Origin: Clostridia bacterium
GTDB taxonomy: Bacteria > Bacillota > Clostridia > Oscillospirales > CAG-272
Length of the DNA: 64,000 nt
Reading direction: 5' to 3'
Assembly: GCA_017621655.1 (NCBI GenBank)
Contig: JAGASS010000051.1
Span: 13,418-77,417 of the forward strand
Shown: one piece after another, positions 17,732-28,200 of the stretch
How the letters are laid out: every line of letters begins with the position of its first letter
How positions within the stretch are numbered: the stretch's first letter is position 1
The notes under the pieces: generated by a model
What the model was told of the DNA's origin: nothing
The model's database searches: none
The model's input: the letters and a program-made list of their open reading frames with translations, nothing else
Translations under genes and position numbers: made by a program

Positions 17732-19642
17732 TTACTTCTTGGAAATTGCTTTGATCTTCTTGCAGGAATCAAGACAAGCACCGCACTTAATGCACTTTTC
17801 GGTGTTGATCTCAAAGGAAGCAAGCTTATGACCGGGAGCAATGTAGTCGGTTCTGGAGATTGCATCAGCAGGACAGTTCTTAGCGCACATGCCGCAACCG
17901 ATACACTTATCCTTATCAATAACAAAGTTGAGAAGACTCTTACAAACGCCTGCAGGACACTTCTTATCAACAACGTGAGCTACATATTCATCGCGGAAGA
18001 AACGGAGAGTCGAAAGAACAGGGTTAGGAGCAGTCTGTCCGAGACCGCAGAGAGAGTTTGCCTTTATGTAGTTACAAAGCTCTTCCATGCGATCGATGTC
18101 CTCGAGAGTTCCCTTACCTTGCGTGATCTTGTCAAGGATCTCAAGAAGTCTCTTGATACCTACACGGCAAGGAGTGCACTTACCGCAGGACTCATCAACA
18201 GTAAACTCGAGGAAGAACTTAGCCATATCGACCATACAGGTGTCCTCGTCCATTACGATAAGTCCGCCGGAGCCGATCATACAGCCAACTGCAGTGAGGT
18301 TATCGTAGTCAACGGGAGTGTCGATAAGAGATGCAGGGATACATCCGCCGGAAGGACCACCTGCCTGAGCTGCCTTGAAGGACTTGCCATTCGGTACGCC
18401 GCCACCGATCTCTTCAACGATCTCACGAAGAGTAGTACCCATCGGGATCTCAACAAGACCGGTATGCTTGATCTTACCGCCGAGAGCAAATACCTTTGTG
18501 CCCTTAGCAGTAGGAGTACCCATTGATGCGAACCATTCAGCGCCCTTGAGAATGATCTGGGGAACGTTAGCAAACGTCTCAACGTTGTTTTCAACGGTGG
18601 GCTTGCCGAACAGACCCTTTACCGCCGGGAAAGGAGGACGGGGACGCGGCTCGCCTCTGTTACCCTCGATAGAGGTCATAAGAGCAGTTTCCTCACCGCA
18701 AACGAATGCGCCTGCGCCGAGACGGATGTCCATATCAAAGTCGAAGCCGGTTCCGAAAATGTTCTTTCCGAGAAGTCCGTTTTCTCTTGCGGACTCGATT
18801 GCCTTCTGGAGACGGGTAACTGCGATCGGGTACTCAGCTCTTACGTAAACGTAACCCTGAGTAGCACCTACTGCGTAACCTGCGATTGCCATTGCCTCGA
18901 TAAGGCAGTGGGGGTCGCCCTCAAGAACGGAACGGTCCATGAATGCGCCGGGGTCGCCCTCGTCGGCGTTACATACGACGTACTTCTGATCTGCCTTGTT
19001 AGGTGCGCAAAGTGCCCACTTACGGCCGGTCGGGAATCCGCCGCCTCCACGTCCGCGAAGTCCGGAATCAGATACGATCTGGATAACCTGATCGGGAGTA
19101 AGCTCGGTAAGACACTTAGCAAGTGCCTGGTAACCGTCGCGTGCTACGTACTCATTAATGTCCTCGGGATCGATAACACCGCAGTTACGAAGAGCTACGC
19201 GGATTTGCTTACGGTAGAAGTCAGTTTCGTTCAAGGACTTGATCTTACCGCCTTCGCCAACGGTCTCATCATAAAGAAGACGGGTAACAACGTTACCGTT
19301 TACGAAATGCTCCTTAACGATCTCGGGAATATCATCAACGTTAACCATAGAATAGAAGCTTCCCTCGGGGTAAACTATCATGATCGGGCCGAGTGCGCAA
19401 AGGCCGAAGCAACCGGTAGTAACTACCTTAACTTCGTTCTCGATGCCGTTTGCCGCGATCTCGCGCTTAAGCGCTTCAACGATCTTAAGACTGTTGGACG
19501 AGGTACAACCTGTACCGCCACAGACAAGAACGTTTCTCTTGTAATCGCACTTTACGGATGCAAGCTTTTCAGCGTCGCGGAGAGCGATAGTCTGAAGAAC
19601 CTGCTCGCGAAGAGTGTTAAGTTCTGCAACTGTTTTAATCAT
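17732..19642 (-). CDS. hydB: NuoF-like NAD(H)/FMN-binding subunit HydB
   Basis: 636 aa with a thioredoxin-like 2Fe-2S N-domain, a NuoF core (GRGGGGFPTGRKW, CGKCTPCR) and two C-terminal 4Fe-4S ferredoxin motifs. Strong RBS AGGAGGAAAAAG. Confidence 0.9.
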   Translation of the reverse strand: MIKTVAELNTLREQVLQTIALRDAEKLASVKCDYKRNVLVCGGTGCTSSNSLKIVEALKREIAANGIENEVKVVTTGCFGLCALGPIMIVYPEGSFYSMVNVDDIPEIVKEHFVNGNVVTRLLYDETVGEGGKIKSLNETDFYRKQIRVALRNCGVIDPEDINEYVARDGYQALAKCLTELTPDQVIQIVSDSGLRGRGGGGFPTGRKWALCAPNKADQKYVVCNADEGDPGAFMDRSVLEGDPHCLIEAMAIAGYAVGATQGYVYVRAEYPIAVTRLQKAIESARENGLLGKNIFGTGFDFDMDIRLGAGAFVCGEETALMTSIEGNRGEPRPRPPFPAVKGLFGKPTVENNVETFANVPQIILKGAEWFASMGTPTAKGTKVFALGGKIKHTGLVEIPMGTTLREIVEEIGGGVPNGKSFKAAQAGGPSGGCIPASLIDTPVDYDNLTAVGCMIGSGGLIVMDEDTCMVDMAKFFLEFTVDESCGKCTPCRVGIKRLLEILDKITQGKGTLEDIDRMEELCNYIKANSLCGLGQTAPNPVLSTLRFFRDEYVAHVVDKKCPAGVCKSLLNFVIDKDKCIGCGMCAKNCPADAISRTDYIAPGHKLASFEINTEKCIKCGACLDSCKKIKAISKK

Positions 19643-19733
19643 CAGTGCTTTTTCCTCCTAAATTAATTGTGTACCGCAAATCATTTATCGGCTCGCCGGA
19701 AAAGACCGAAATCAGCGCGGTTCTTAAATAATA

Positions 19734-20228
19734 TTACTGATACTTTGCAAGAATAGTGTCAACATCTGCGCCCGTAAGACGGCCGTAGACTTCTTCGTTG
19801 ACGGTAAGAACCGGTGCAAGTCCGCACGCGCCGATGCAACGGCAAGCGGTAAGACTGAATTTTCCGTCGGCAGTACACTCATCTGCTCCGATACCGAGCT
19901 TTTCAGCGAACTTATCAAATATGATACCTGCGCCCTTTACGTAGCAAGCAGTACCGAGACATATCGAGATGTTATACTCACCCTTGGGAGTAAGCGAGAA
20001 CTGTGCGTAGAAGGTAGATACACCGAATACCTTTTCGATCGGAACATCCATTCCGTCGGCGATCATCTTCTGCACTTCATAAGGCAGGTAGCCGTAGATT
20101 CCCTGTGCTTCCTGCATTACAGCCATAAGCAGACTCTTATCGTGCTTGTTAGCGTTAATTACAGCTTCAAGCTTTGCTGCCTGCTCGGGCGTTCCGTTAA
20201 ACGGATGATTACTGATTTTCTTTTGCAC
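19734..20228 (-). CDS. hydC: NuoE-like [2Fe-2S] subunit HydC
   Basis: 164 aa with Cys pattern C..C....C(x35)C..C typical of NuoE/HydC. Starts at GTG, with GGAGG upstream. Confidence 0.88.
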   Translation of the reverse strand: MQKKISNHPFNGTPEQAAKLEAVINANKHDKSLLMAVMQEAQGIYGYLPYEVQKMIADGMDVPIEKVFGVSTFYAQFSLTPKGEYNISICLGTACYVKGAGIIFDKFAEKLGIGADECTADGKFSLTACRCIGACGLAPVLTVNEEVYGRLTGADVDTILAKYQ

Positions 20229-20432
20229 GTTAACTGAACCTCCATCGTTTTTTTAATGTGCTTCCGGCATAATTTTTTAATAATACGATATGAAAATAGC
20301 CATACTTATTCAGCATATCATCATATCTACATAAGTATAACACACTAAAAGAAAATAATCAATAGGTTTCACGAAAAAAACTGTTTTTTCGATAAAAAAT
20401 TAGCGATTAAGTTTTAACTTTTTTACTGCATG

Positions 20433-20461
20433 TTGACTTCTTAAGAAAAATTTGCTAAAAT
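20433..20461 (+). promoter_or_regulatory. Sigma-A type promoter for the 20490 ORF / cca
   Basis: TTGACT (20433-20438), 17 nt spacer, TAAAAT (20456-20461), with extended -10 TG. Confidence 0.5.
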
Positions 20462-20489
20462 ATAATATATTTTAGATTTGAGGTAATGT

Positions 20490-20888
20490 ATGCTTATTAT
20501 CAAGCCAATAGAAGATAAAAACGAGCAGAAGGAGATAACTGCTCTCTGCGGAATTGAATACAAGCCCGAGCTGTTCTCATACAAGGCGCATAACGACGGT
20601 GAGCTTCTTGCTTGCGCACAGTTTGACATAAATGAAAAGGGCGCTGTTATCGACGCAATGCGCCAGGTGATTGGTACTGCCGAGGACTTTGAGGGAATGT
20701 TTATTCTCGGCCGCGCAGTCCTTAATTTTCTTGATCTTTGCGGCGTTGTTACCGCGTATTACCCTTCGCCGGCAAATGAGAGCGAGGCGCGCCTGGCAAG
20801 GGCGATCGGCTTCAAGGAAATTGACGGAGTTCTCACCGCTACCCTGACCGGAATGTTTGACGCCAAATGCGATGGACACTGTGAATAA
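20490..20888 (+). CDS. Hypothetical protein (132 aa, possibly acetyltransferase-like fold)
   Basis: ATG 20490 has a GAGGT RBS. No diagnostic motif was recognised. The C-terminus is CDGHCE. Confidence 0.5.
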   Translation: MLIIKPIEDKNEQKEITALCGIEYKPELFSYKAHNDGELLACAQFDINEKGAVIDAMRQVIGTAEDFEGMFILGRAVLNFLDLCGVVTAYYPSPANESEARLARAIGFKEIDGVLTATLTGMFDAKCDGHCE

Positions 20889-22218
20889 ACAAATGCTTCT
20901 GCCAAGCGAAATAGAGCTGTGCCTTTCCCTTCTTAATCAAAACGGCTACTCTGCATATGTGGTTGGAGGTGCTGTTCGAGATCATCTCATGGGCAGACAG
21001 ATCAATGATTACGACGTTTGCACAGACGCGCTTCCAAATGAAGTAGAAGGCGTTTTTCACGATTACAGAGTAATTGAAACAGGCATTAAGCACGGAACGG
21101 TCACTGTCTTTTTTGGTCCTTCTTCGGTTGAGATCACTACCTTTCGCACCGACGGAAGCTACTCTGACGGCAGACATCCTGACAGCGTTGATTTCACGCG
21201 CGACATTGTAAAGGACCTCAGCAGACGCGATTTTACCGTAAATGCAATTGCTTATTCTCCTATCGAAGTATATATTGACCCGTTTTGCGGAATCGGCGAC
21301 ATAAGTTCTAAGGTCATCCGTTGCGTTGGCGATCCGACAAGGCGTTTTTCAGAGGATGCACTCCGTATTCTGCGCGCTTTACGCTTTTCTGCGACGCTCG
21401 GATTTACGATCAACAATGAAACCTCGAACGCAATCTTCACGTTGAAGCATAATCTGTCACTTGTCTCAAAAGAGCGCGTTAGAGACGAAATAAAAAAGCT
21501 GATATGCGGTAAAGATATGTTAAGAGTTATGAATGACTACCGCGATATTATGGCACTGATCATTCCGGATATTTCTGCAACCTTTGATTATAATCAGAAT
21601 AATCCGCATCACGACTTCGATCTTTACACTCATATTGTTAAGACTGTAAGCAATCTCCCGTGTGATCCGACACTTCGATTCTCGGGTCTTCTTCACGATA
21701 TTGCAAAGCCGATCACGGAATCGAAGGATAACAACGGCATCAGCCATTTCTACGCACACGCCCATCACAGCGCCGAAATGGCGGAGAAGATACTAAGGGA
21801 CCTGCGTTTTTCAAATGTCGAAATTAAAAGAATCGTGACGCTAATCAGACATCACGACGGTGTTATTGAAGAAACAGAAAGCGCGGTTAGCAGAAAGCTG
21901 AGCAAGATAGGTAAGGATCTTTATTTTGATCTTCTTGATCTGCAAAGAGCCGACAACGCCTCGCAAAAGCTCGACCCCTCCCTGCGAAGCGAACACAATG
22001 AAGCTCTGCGCAAGATCGCAAGCGACATTCTTTCAAAAGAACCGTGCCTTTCCCTTTCCGATCTTGCTCTTAACGGTAACGACCTGATCGATATGGGCTA
22101 TAAAGGCAAGGAAATAGGAAAAGCCCTCACGCTTCTGTTTAACGCCGTATTGAACGGCGAAGTAAAGAATACGAAAAAGGACTTATCCGAATATATCCGT
22201 ATTAATTTCAAGAATTGA
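20872..22218 (+). CDS. cca: CCA tRNA nucleotidyltransferase (CCA-adding enzyme)
   Basis: Pol-beta nucleotidyltransferase head YVVGGAVRD...DYDV, RDFTVNA, and a C-terminal HD domain (HHDFDL, LLHDIAKP). The stop is firm. The start is uncertain: TTG 20857, ATG 20872 or ATG 20893, none with a clear RBS. Confidence 0.8.
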   Translation: MDTVNKQMLLPSEIELCLSLLNQNGYSAYVVGGAVRDHLMGRQINDYDVCTDALPNEVEGVFHDYRVIETGIKHGTVTVFFGPSSVEITTFRTDGSYSDGRHPDSVDFTRDIVKDLSRRDFTVNAIAYSPIEVYIDPFCGIGDISSKVIRCVGDPTRRFSEDALRILRALRFSATLGFTINNETSNAIFTLKHNLSLVSKERVRDEIKKLICGKDMLRVMNDYRDIMALIIPDISATFDYNQNNPHHDFDLYTHIVKTVSNLPCDPTLRFSGLLHDIAKPITESKDNNGISHFYAHAHHSAEMAEKILRDLRFSNVEIKRIVTLIRHHDGVIEETESAVSRKLSKIGKDLYFDLLDLQRADNASQKLDPSLRSEHNEALRKIASDILSKEPCLSLSDLALNGNDLIDMGYKGKEIGKALTLLFNAVLNGEVKNTKKDLSEYIRINFKN

Positions 22219-22510
22219 AGTCAAGACAAAGACGCTCTACCGTATAAGGACAAACAAAACCGTCCGCCACGCGAACGTGCTCCGGATGATCCTTATATCC
22301 CTTTAGCGAATCGACGCTATCAAATGTGCTGTCGAGCATCATATCGGCGTTTGAGGTTTCAAGTCTTCCGATTTCTATATTCATTGATAGGAGACCCGGA
22401 ACTTTTCCGACAAGATCCTCAAGCTCTCGTTTAGCGTTAATCTTGACCTGTTCTTTTTCACTTACCGAAAGCTTATCGTCAAGCTTCCATAATATTACGT
22501 GTTTAACCAA
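22208..22510 (-). CDS. Dabb (stress-responsive A/B barrel) family protein
   Basis: 100 aa. The VKHVILWKL N-terminus and overall pattern fit the Dabb family. It has a TTG start and overlaps the 3' end of cca convergently by 11 nt. Confidence 0.75.
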   Translation of the reverse strand: MVKHVILWKLDDKLSVSEKEQVKINAKRELEDLVGKVPGLLSMNIEIGRLETSNADMMLDSTFDSVDSLKGYKDHPEHVRVADGFVCPYTVERLCLDFNS

Positions 22511-22589
22511 ATTATCACCGCCTTTTCTTAATTGTACCAGATTTTTGACGCTTTGTCACTATATTTTTATTTTTTAAGAGGAAAATTTA

Positions 22590-22763
22590 ATGTCCACAAT
22601 AAAAGAATTGCTTTCACGGTTGAAAGAAAGCTTAAAAACGCCTGACGGAAGAAAGGTTTTTTTCAAAAACTTACTGAAATTTCTTCCTGCGACTTCGTTG
22701 TTTATAGCATACATAATCCTGCTATGTACCGATAGCTACGACAACAAAACGTCCTGGTTATGA
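22590..22763 (+). CDS. 57-aa ORF with one TM helix; possibly the displaced N-terminus of the downstream LtaS-like gene
   Basis: Below the track length cut-off. ATG 22590 has a good RBS (AAGAGGAAAATTTA-ATG). It ends in ATGA overlapping the ATG of the next ORF, which itself has no RBS. Confidence 0.4.
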   Translation: MSTIKELLSRLKESLKTPDGRKVFFKNLLKFLPATSLFIAYIILLCTDSYDNKTSWL

Positions 22764-24670
22764 CGGCACTCGTTGTCCTTCTCTTTGCCGTTCCTACTGT
22801 AAAGCTACTAAAGTGCCAAATACTAAAAAAGCTGTTTTCATTGGGCTTTATTTTCATTGCGCCGCCCTTCATATTTATGATTGTGGAGGCGCTTACGAGA
22901 AATTACTTCTGGGGACTGCCCGGAACGATGAAGATCACGTTCATTAACGTCATCTTTTACTACGTTCTTGCCTTTTTCGTTCTTGCCCTTACAACTCGAA
23001 CTGACGTTGCAATTATAGTTACAGCATTGATCCCGTCGATCCTCGGTATTGCCAACAACCTGTCGATACAGGCAAGAGATATGCCGATATATCCATGGGA
23101 CGTGCTTTCTGCAAAGACTGCAATGTCCGTCGTTGGGAATTATGAGATGAGCTTCTCGCCGGATTTCAAGTTCTGCATATTCTCACTTGTTGCGATTATC
23201 GTATTTGCAATTCAGTTAAATATGCGCTTCAAATTCAAAAAGCTTTGGATAGGAATATTCCCCGCCGTCGCTTCTTTTATGATGCTCTTTGGATACGTGT
23301 CGTATATTAACAATATCTTCAGCTCCGAGGAAACAGCGATCAAGCACGGATTCTATCCGTCAATGTTTGACGCTAAATATCTTTACAATTATAACGGAAC
23401 TCCCGTCACCTTTATATACACCTTAGGACTGCTCGACATCGATCCGCCTAAGGGATATGATTCGGATAACATACGTGATCTGTATGATCAATATCAAAAC
23501 GCGGCGAAGGATGACTACGAAAAGAAGGCGGATAACGTAAAGCCAAATATAATCGTAATAATGAACGAGGCGTTCTCGGACCTTTCAATACTCGGCGACA
23601 TACCGACGAATAAGGATTATATGCCTTTCATTAATTCCCTCATCAAGGAAGAACGCGTAAAGCACGGGTACACTCTTGTTTCGGTAAAAGGCGGTAATAC
23701 ACCTAATTCCGAATACGAGTTTCTTACAGGCGGCTCTATGGCGTTCTTCCCTGCAGAAACGATCCCGTTTCAGCAGTATATTGACGGTCACACTTATTCA
23801 GTTGTCTCTCAACTCAACATGCTCGGTTACAGGACTGTAGGAATGCACAACTTCTACCGCAGCGGTTGGAAGAGGGATGAGGTTTACGATATGCTCGGAT
23901 TTGATGAAAAATATTTTCTTGAGGATATGAAGCCGGTAAATGACGACGATTTGATACGTTGCTTCTTAAGCGACAGATCTATGTATAACAGAATCATCGA
24001 TCTTTACGAGAACAACAGCGAAGACGAGCCGTTATTCCTTTTCGGAGTAACGATGCAAAATCATGGCGGTTACACAAACGATCTTAACGGCACGTTCGTC
24101 CCCGAAATTAAAACCCAATATGAGCAGAAGTTTTACTCAACAGACATTTTAGACAATTATCTGTCTTTGATCTACGAAACCGATAAAGCGTATGAGGAGC
24201 TTATAAACTATTTCTCAAAGGTAGACGAACCGACTGTTATAGTAATGTTTGGTGACCATCAGCCGTCCGACATCGTTACCCAGCCGATATATGCAAACAA
24301 TGCAGTTACCGATCAGAAAACCTTGAAAGGACGCACCGAAAGATATAAGACACCGTACATTATCTGGTCAAACTACGATCTCAACTCCGAAGCGGAAGCG
24401 CCGTCAGACGTATCACTTAACTATCTTGGCGGAATCGTTATGGACATGGCAGGAATGCCGCTGACTCCCTTTCAAATGTGGCAAAAGGATCTTTTGAAGG
24501 AGCATCCGTCAGTAAACGCCTTTTCCTACACCGACGCATCGGGTACGCTTCATTCCGCATCGGGAATCCAAAACGTCCCCATGCTTAACACTCTTTCACA
24601 GATTCAGTACAACCTCTTGTTTGATAGGAAGCATACCGTCAAAGAATTCTTCCTTCCGGTGACGCCATGA
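22760..24670 (+). CDS. LTA-synthase-family (sulfatase-domain) polytopic membrane transferase
   Basis: 636 aa with about six N-terminal TM helices. The extracytoplasmic sulfatase-fold domain has NIIVIMNEAFSD and GGNTPNSEYEFLTG (Thr nucleophile context) and FGDHQP. Confidence 0.85.
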   Translation: MTALVVLLFAVPTVKLLKCQILKKLFSLGFIFIAPPFIFMIVEALTRNYFWGLPGTMKITFINVIFYYVLAFFVLALTTRTDVAIIVTALIPSILGIANNLSIQARDMPIYPWDVLSAKTAMSVVGNYEMSFSPDFKFCIFSLVAIIVFAIQLNMRFKFKKLWIGIFPAVASFMMLFGYVSYINNIFSSEETAIKHGFYPSMFDAKYLYNYNGTPVTFIYTLGLLDIDPPKGYDSDNIRDLYDQYQNAAKDDYEKKADNVKPNIIVIMNEAFSDLSILGDIPTNKDYMPFINSLIKEERVKHGYTLVSVKGGNTPNSEYEFLTGGSMAFFPAETIPFQQYIDGHTYSVVSQLNMLGYRTVGMHNFYRSGWKRDEVYDMLGFDEKYFLEDMKPVNDDDLIRCFLSDRSMYNRIIDLYENNSEDEPLFLFGVTMQNHGGYTNDLNGTFVPEIKTQYEQKFYSTDILDNYLSLIYETDKAYEELINYFSKVDEPTVIVMFGDHQPSDIVTQPIYANNAVTDQKTLKGRTERYKTPYIIWSNYDLNSEAEAPSDVSLNYLGGIVMDMAGMPLTPFQMWQKDLLKEHPSVNAFSYTDASGTLHSASGIQNVPMLNTLSQIQYNLLFDRKHTVKEFFLPVTP

Positions 24671-25197
24671 TACATCCGATAAAGCATTTTAGAACGATTA
24701 CAAAACACCGTCACAAGGTGATAGCCAACTGCTTCAGGGCGGGCATCGGATTTCAGGGGCTATTTCACGATCTTTCAAAGTATTCTCCGTCTGAATTTTG
24801 GGCGGGAGCCAAACACTACAAAGGCACGAGAAGTCCTAACGAGGGCGAGCGAGAGCTACTCGGTTATTCACCTGCCTGGCTTCATCATAAGGGCAGAAAC
24901 AAGCATCATTTTGAATATTGGAACGACTACAATCCTATAGCTCGCAAGGTGATGCCCGTTGAAATGCCAAAGAAATACCTTGTAGAAATGTTCTGTGACC
25001 GCGTTGCGGCGTCGAAAATATATCAAGGTAAAAATTATACAGACGATTTTCCACTGCAATATTTTTTGCGCGGAAAGGCAAGCCGTTTCATCCACGAAAA
25101 AACGTCCGAGAAACTCGAAGAGCTACTTACAATGCTCTCGGAAAAGGGTGAAAAGGAAACCTTCAAATATATAAAGAAATGGGTAAGAGAAAAGTAA
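24667..25197 (+). CDS. DUF5662-like protein with an HD-type motif (function unknown)
   Basis: 176 aa. KHRHKV...GLFHDLSKYSP...WLHHKGRNKHHFEYW resembles the family often mislabelled catalase. ATGA overlap with the upstream gene. Confidence 0.55.
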   Translation: MIHPIKHFRTITKHRHKVIANCFRAGIGFQGLFHDLSKYSPSEFWAGAKHYKGTRSPNEGERELLGYSPAWLHHKGRNKHHFEYWNDYNPIARKVMPVEMPKKYLVEMFCDRVAASKIYQGKNYTDDFPLQYFLRGKASRFIHEKTSEKLEELLTMLSEKGEKETFKYIKKWVREK

Positions 25198-25210
25198 CTC
25201 TTACCCATTT
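25180..25210. terminator. Hairpin between convergent genes (DUF5662-like / giant M23 protein)
   Basis: Stem TGGGTAAGAG(25180-25189)/CTCTTACCCA(25198-25207), then a T-rich tail. Confidence 0.5.
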
Positions 25211-25213
25211 CAT

Positions 25214-28200
25214 TTATTTTGTTTTACTGTAGGCCTTAGCGGCATCAAGAGAGGTTATTTCCCCGTCGCCGTCAAGATCGCACGTGATTTTATCGAGAGG
25301 ACCCGCAGACACGATCATACCGTTTGACTGCTTCATGATCGCTAAAACATCGTCATAAGTCACCTTGCCGTTGCGGTCTGCGTCACCGAGAATAATGACC
25401 GTTAAGGACTTATAAACTCCTACCGTGTCGACGATGGATATTTGACAGCCGGAATACAGAAGGTCGCTCTTACCGTTCATAAGAGTGCCGTTGTCATCGC
25501 GCACCTCAATATTTTCCTTCTTTGTCAAAAGCGATATAAGACCGTCTGCGGTCAGGTTGTCTGTATTTACGATAAAGTATTCACCGTCCACCTTGGCGTC
25601 AAAGCCGCTCGAAGGATAGAATCCGTCAGTTCCCGAGAACGGAACGATCTTTATCTCGATTGCCGAAGAAGCATTGACGTTCTGCGTTTCCGAATAGCGG
25701 ATATTTAGCGTGATACCTTCATCGAAGGTATAGCTTCTGCCACTTTCCATAGCGACGTAATCTGCGCCGTTAAGTGAATACTCAACACCGCTTGAGGAAA
25801 CAGTGATCGTACCGTAGCGTTGACGAAGCGTAGGTTGAATAACGGTGTAATCAACCGTATTTGTATTATTTCTGCGCCTTATCGTGAACGACTTAGCTTC
25901 GCTTTCGACAGCTTCATAAGCATCTGTAGCAGGCGCAAATGCCTTTACGTAATAAGTTCCTGCATTTACCGGCGCAGTGATCACATCTGTACAATCGGCA
26001 TCGGCATAATACTTATACGTTACGGTTCCGTCACCGCTGTAAAGAGCGTAGGAAGCATTCGCGGGAGTTCCGTTATATGTAAAGTCGTTAATAACAGCTT
26101 CTATTTGAGCCGCATTTCTAAGTACAGTGTATTCAGCTTCAACGGTCTTTACAGTTGAGACTGCATTCTGACACATCTCGTTTCTATTGGTAACTATTGC
26201 ATATACCTTGTAGTTTCCGTACCTGGAGAATCTTGGAACACAGGTGAATCCGTTTGCAAACGGCACTGGTTCTTCTCCGTTACACGAATAGTACCATACA
26301 ACTGTAAGCGTACCTCCGTCATTAACAGACGCTGTCAGACCGATCTCCTTACCTAATGCACCAACGTAAATGCTCTCGCCCGTTGCTGTGAATATGACAC
26401 TTGGCATCTCTGCATCCTTTGCGGCGCGAACAAGAGTAAGAACGTAAATCGCTCTAGCTCCGTTTTCTGCGGTTACCTCAATATAGACAGTCGCCTCGTT
26501 AGCCGCGAACGTAAAGGACTGCGGTGCCGTTATCTCGGTAAGCAGAGTCTCATCGGAATAATATCTTACTGTTGCTTTATCGTGAACAACACAGGAAAGA
26601 TCAACACTCGCTGTCAAATAAGAAAGCTTGGCGTATGCTTCAGATCCATTTATCAAAGCATCAATAGACTTGAACGAATATATTGCGTTATCGGAGCTGA
26701 TCGTTTCAAATCTGATAGCTTCTGTTGCGTCGGAGGTGATATACAGACCGTCATATGACGCTGCTTCAAGCTTCACATAGTAGATCTTGCCGGTCTCAAG
26801 TGAATTTAGAGTAATGGTGCTGTCTTCCGTTTCCTCAGTAACGCCGCCGCTGAAATCTGAGGATTCCGAAACAGTCAGAATATAGTAATCGGCATTATTT
26901 ACCGTTTTCCACTCGAGGACAACAGTCTCGCTTGTAGAGCTTTTAATAACGAATTTCTCCGGCGTTGACAGCTTGGTAGCGTCGCCGACGAGGAACCTGT
27001 CAAAAGACACCTCCGTCTTATTTCCGACCTTATCTGTTATTACAAGCTTAGCGTAATAAACGCCGTCACCGAGTGTTACCTTGTGTCCTGATGCGACCTC
27101 TTGACTCACGCCGCCAGAATAGTCGGAATTCACCGAATATACAAGCGTTGTCTTATCGATTCCGCTTTGCTCATCCTTGACTTCACCGAAGGTGAAGGTA
27201 GCGGTTTCGCCGTCAACCTTGACATCAAGCGTTGTATCGTCAAGCATCGGCGGTATATTATCAATAATTGAAATTACAATATCCTTATCATATACGGTAA
27301 CGTTTCCCGACGGATCCTTAACAGTTATAGTCTTCGCAGGAATCGTCTGATTTTCAAAGATCTCAAACGTATTGGTTCTTACGTAGCTGACACCGCCGTC
27401 AAAGGAATAATAGACTGTACCTGTATTATCCGACGCGTTGACCGTAATAGTTACGCTATCAGAAACGTAGTTTTCAGCCGAGATGGTGACATCCGTAATA
27501 GTAGGCGCAGTCTTGTCTTCCCAGATAGCGTACAGTATGGCGGACTCGTTCTTTGAATAGGTGTCACCCGGCTGATACTCAGGGGATGCCGCCATAGGAT
27601 CAGTTGCCCAGCCGAGGAAGGTGTAGCCCAAGCGAGTTGGCGCCGTATCAGGAAGCTTTGCGTCCTGATTGTGCGCCTTACCCAAGGTAGTATAGTCGGC
27701 ACTTCCGCCGAGAAGATTAAAGGTAACGTTATAAAGGTATCCACTCTGGTATACAGCATAATTCAGAGCGACCCAACCCGTTCCAATATTAGCCCAATTT
27801 CTTCCGTCAGAGGAGTTATAAACTACCTCCTTAACGGTTATGAGCGCATTATTGCTTAAGCTTGTGACCTTTGCGTAGGTCGTAGCAGGACCCTTACGAA
27901 CTGTCAAGCTTGATGATACCTGAACCTTCCATATCTCACTTCCGTTATAGGAAGGAACTGATAAGATCAAAGAGGATTCATCAGTATTCATATACGGGTC
28001 GTAAGCTTTCGCCGAAACAGTGTACTTACCGCTTCCGTCAAGGGAGTTTATCGGTATTTCTGCCGTAAAGACATCACCTTCTGAAGCAGCGTCAAAGCTA
28101 ACTTCAAATCCGATTTCATTCTTAAGGATAAATGAAAGCCGCTGAATCTTCACATTATCAGTTGCCTTAACGGATAATGTTATTGCACTTTCAGTCATTG

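Noticed and set aside
19643-19733. The 91-nt spacer between hydC and hydB, examined for a small ORF or stable hairpin.
   Set aside because: It contains no start-to-stop ORF with an RBS and no convincing stem-loop. Only the strong hydB RBS is evident.
20229-20432. A long AT-rich region upstream of hydC, including a 14-codon ATG ORF at about 20291. Also a 16-codon ORF at about 6407 in the mutS-like/6490 gap.
   Set aside because: The mini-ORFs have no RBS. No known riboswitch consensus was recognised. Divergent promoters and an untranslated leader most simply explain the region.
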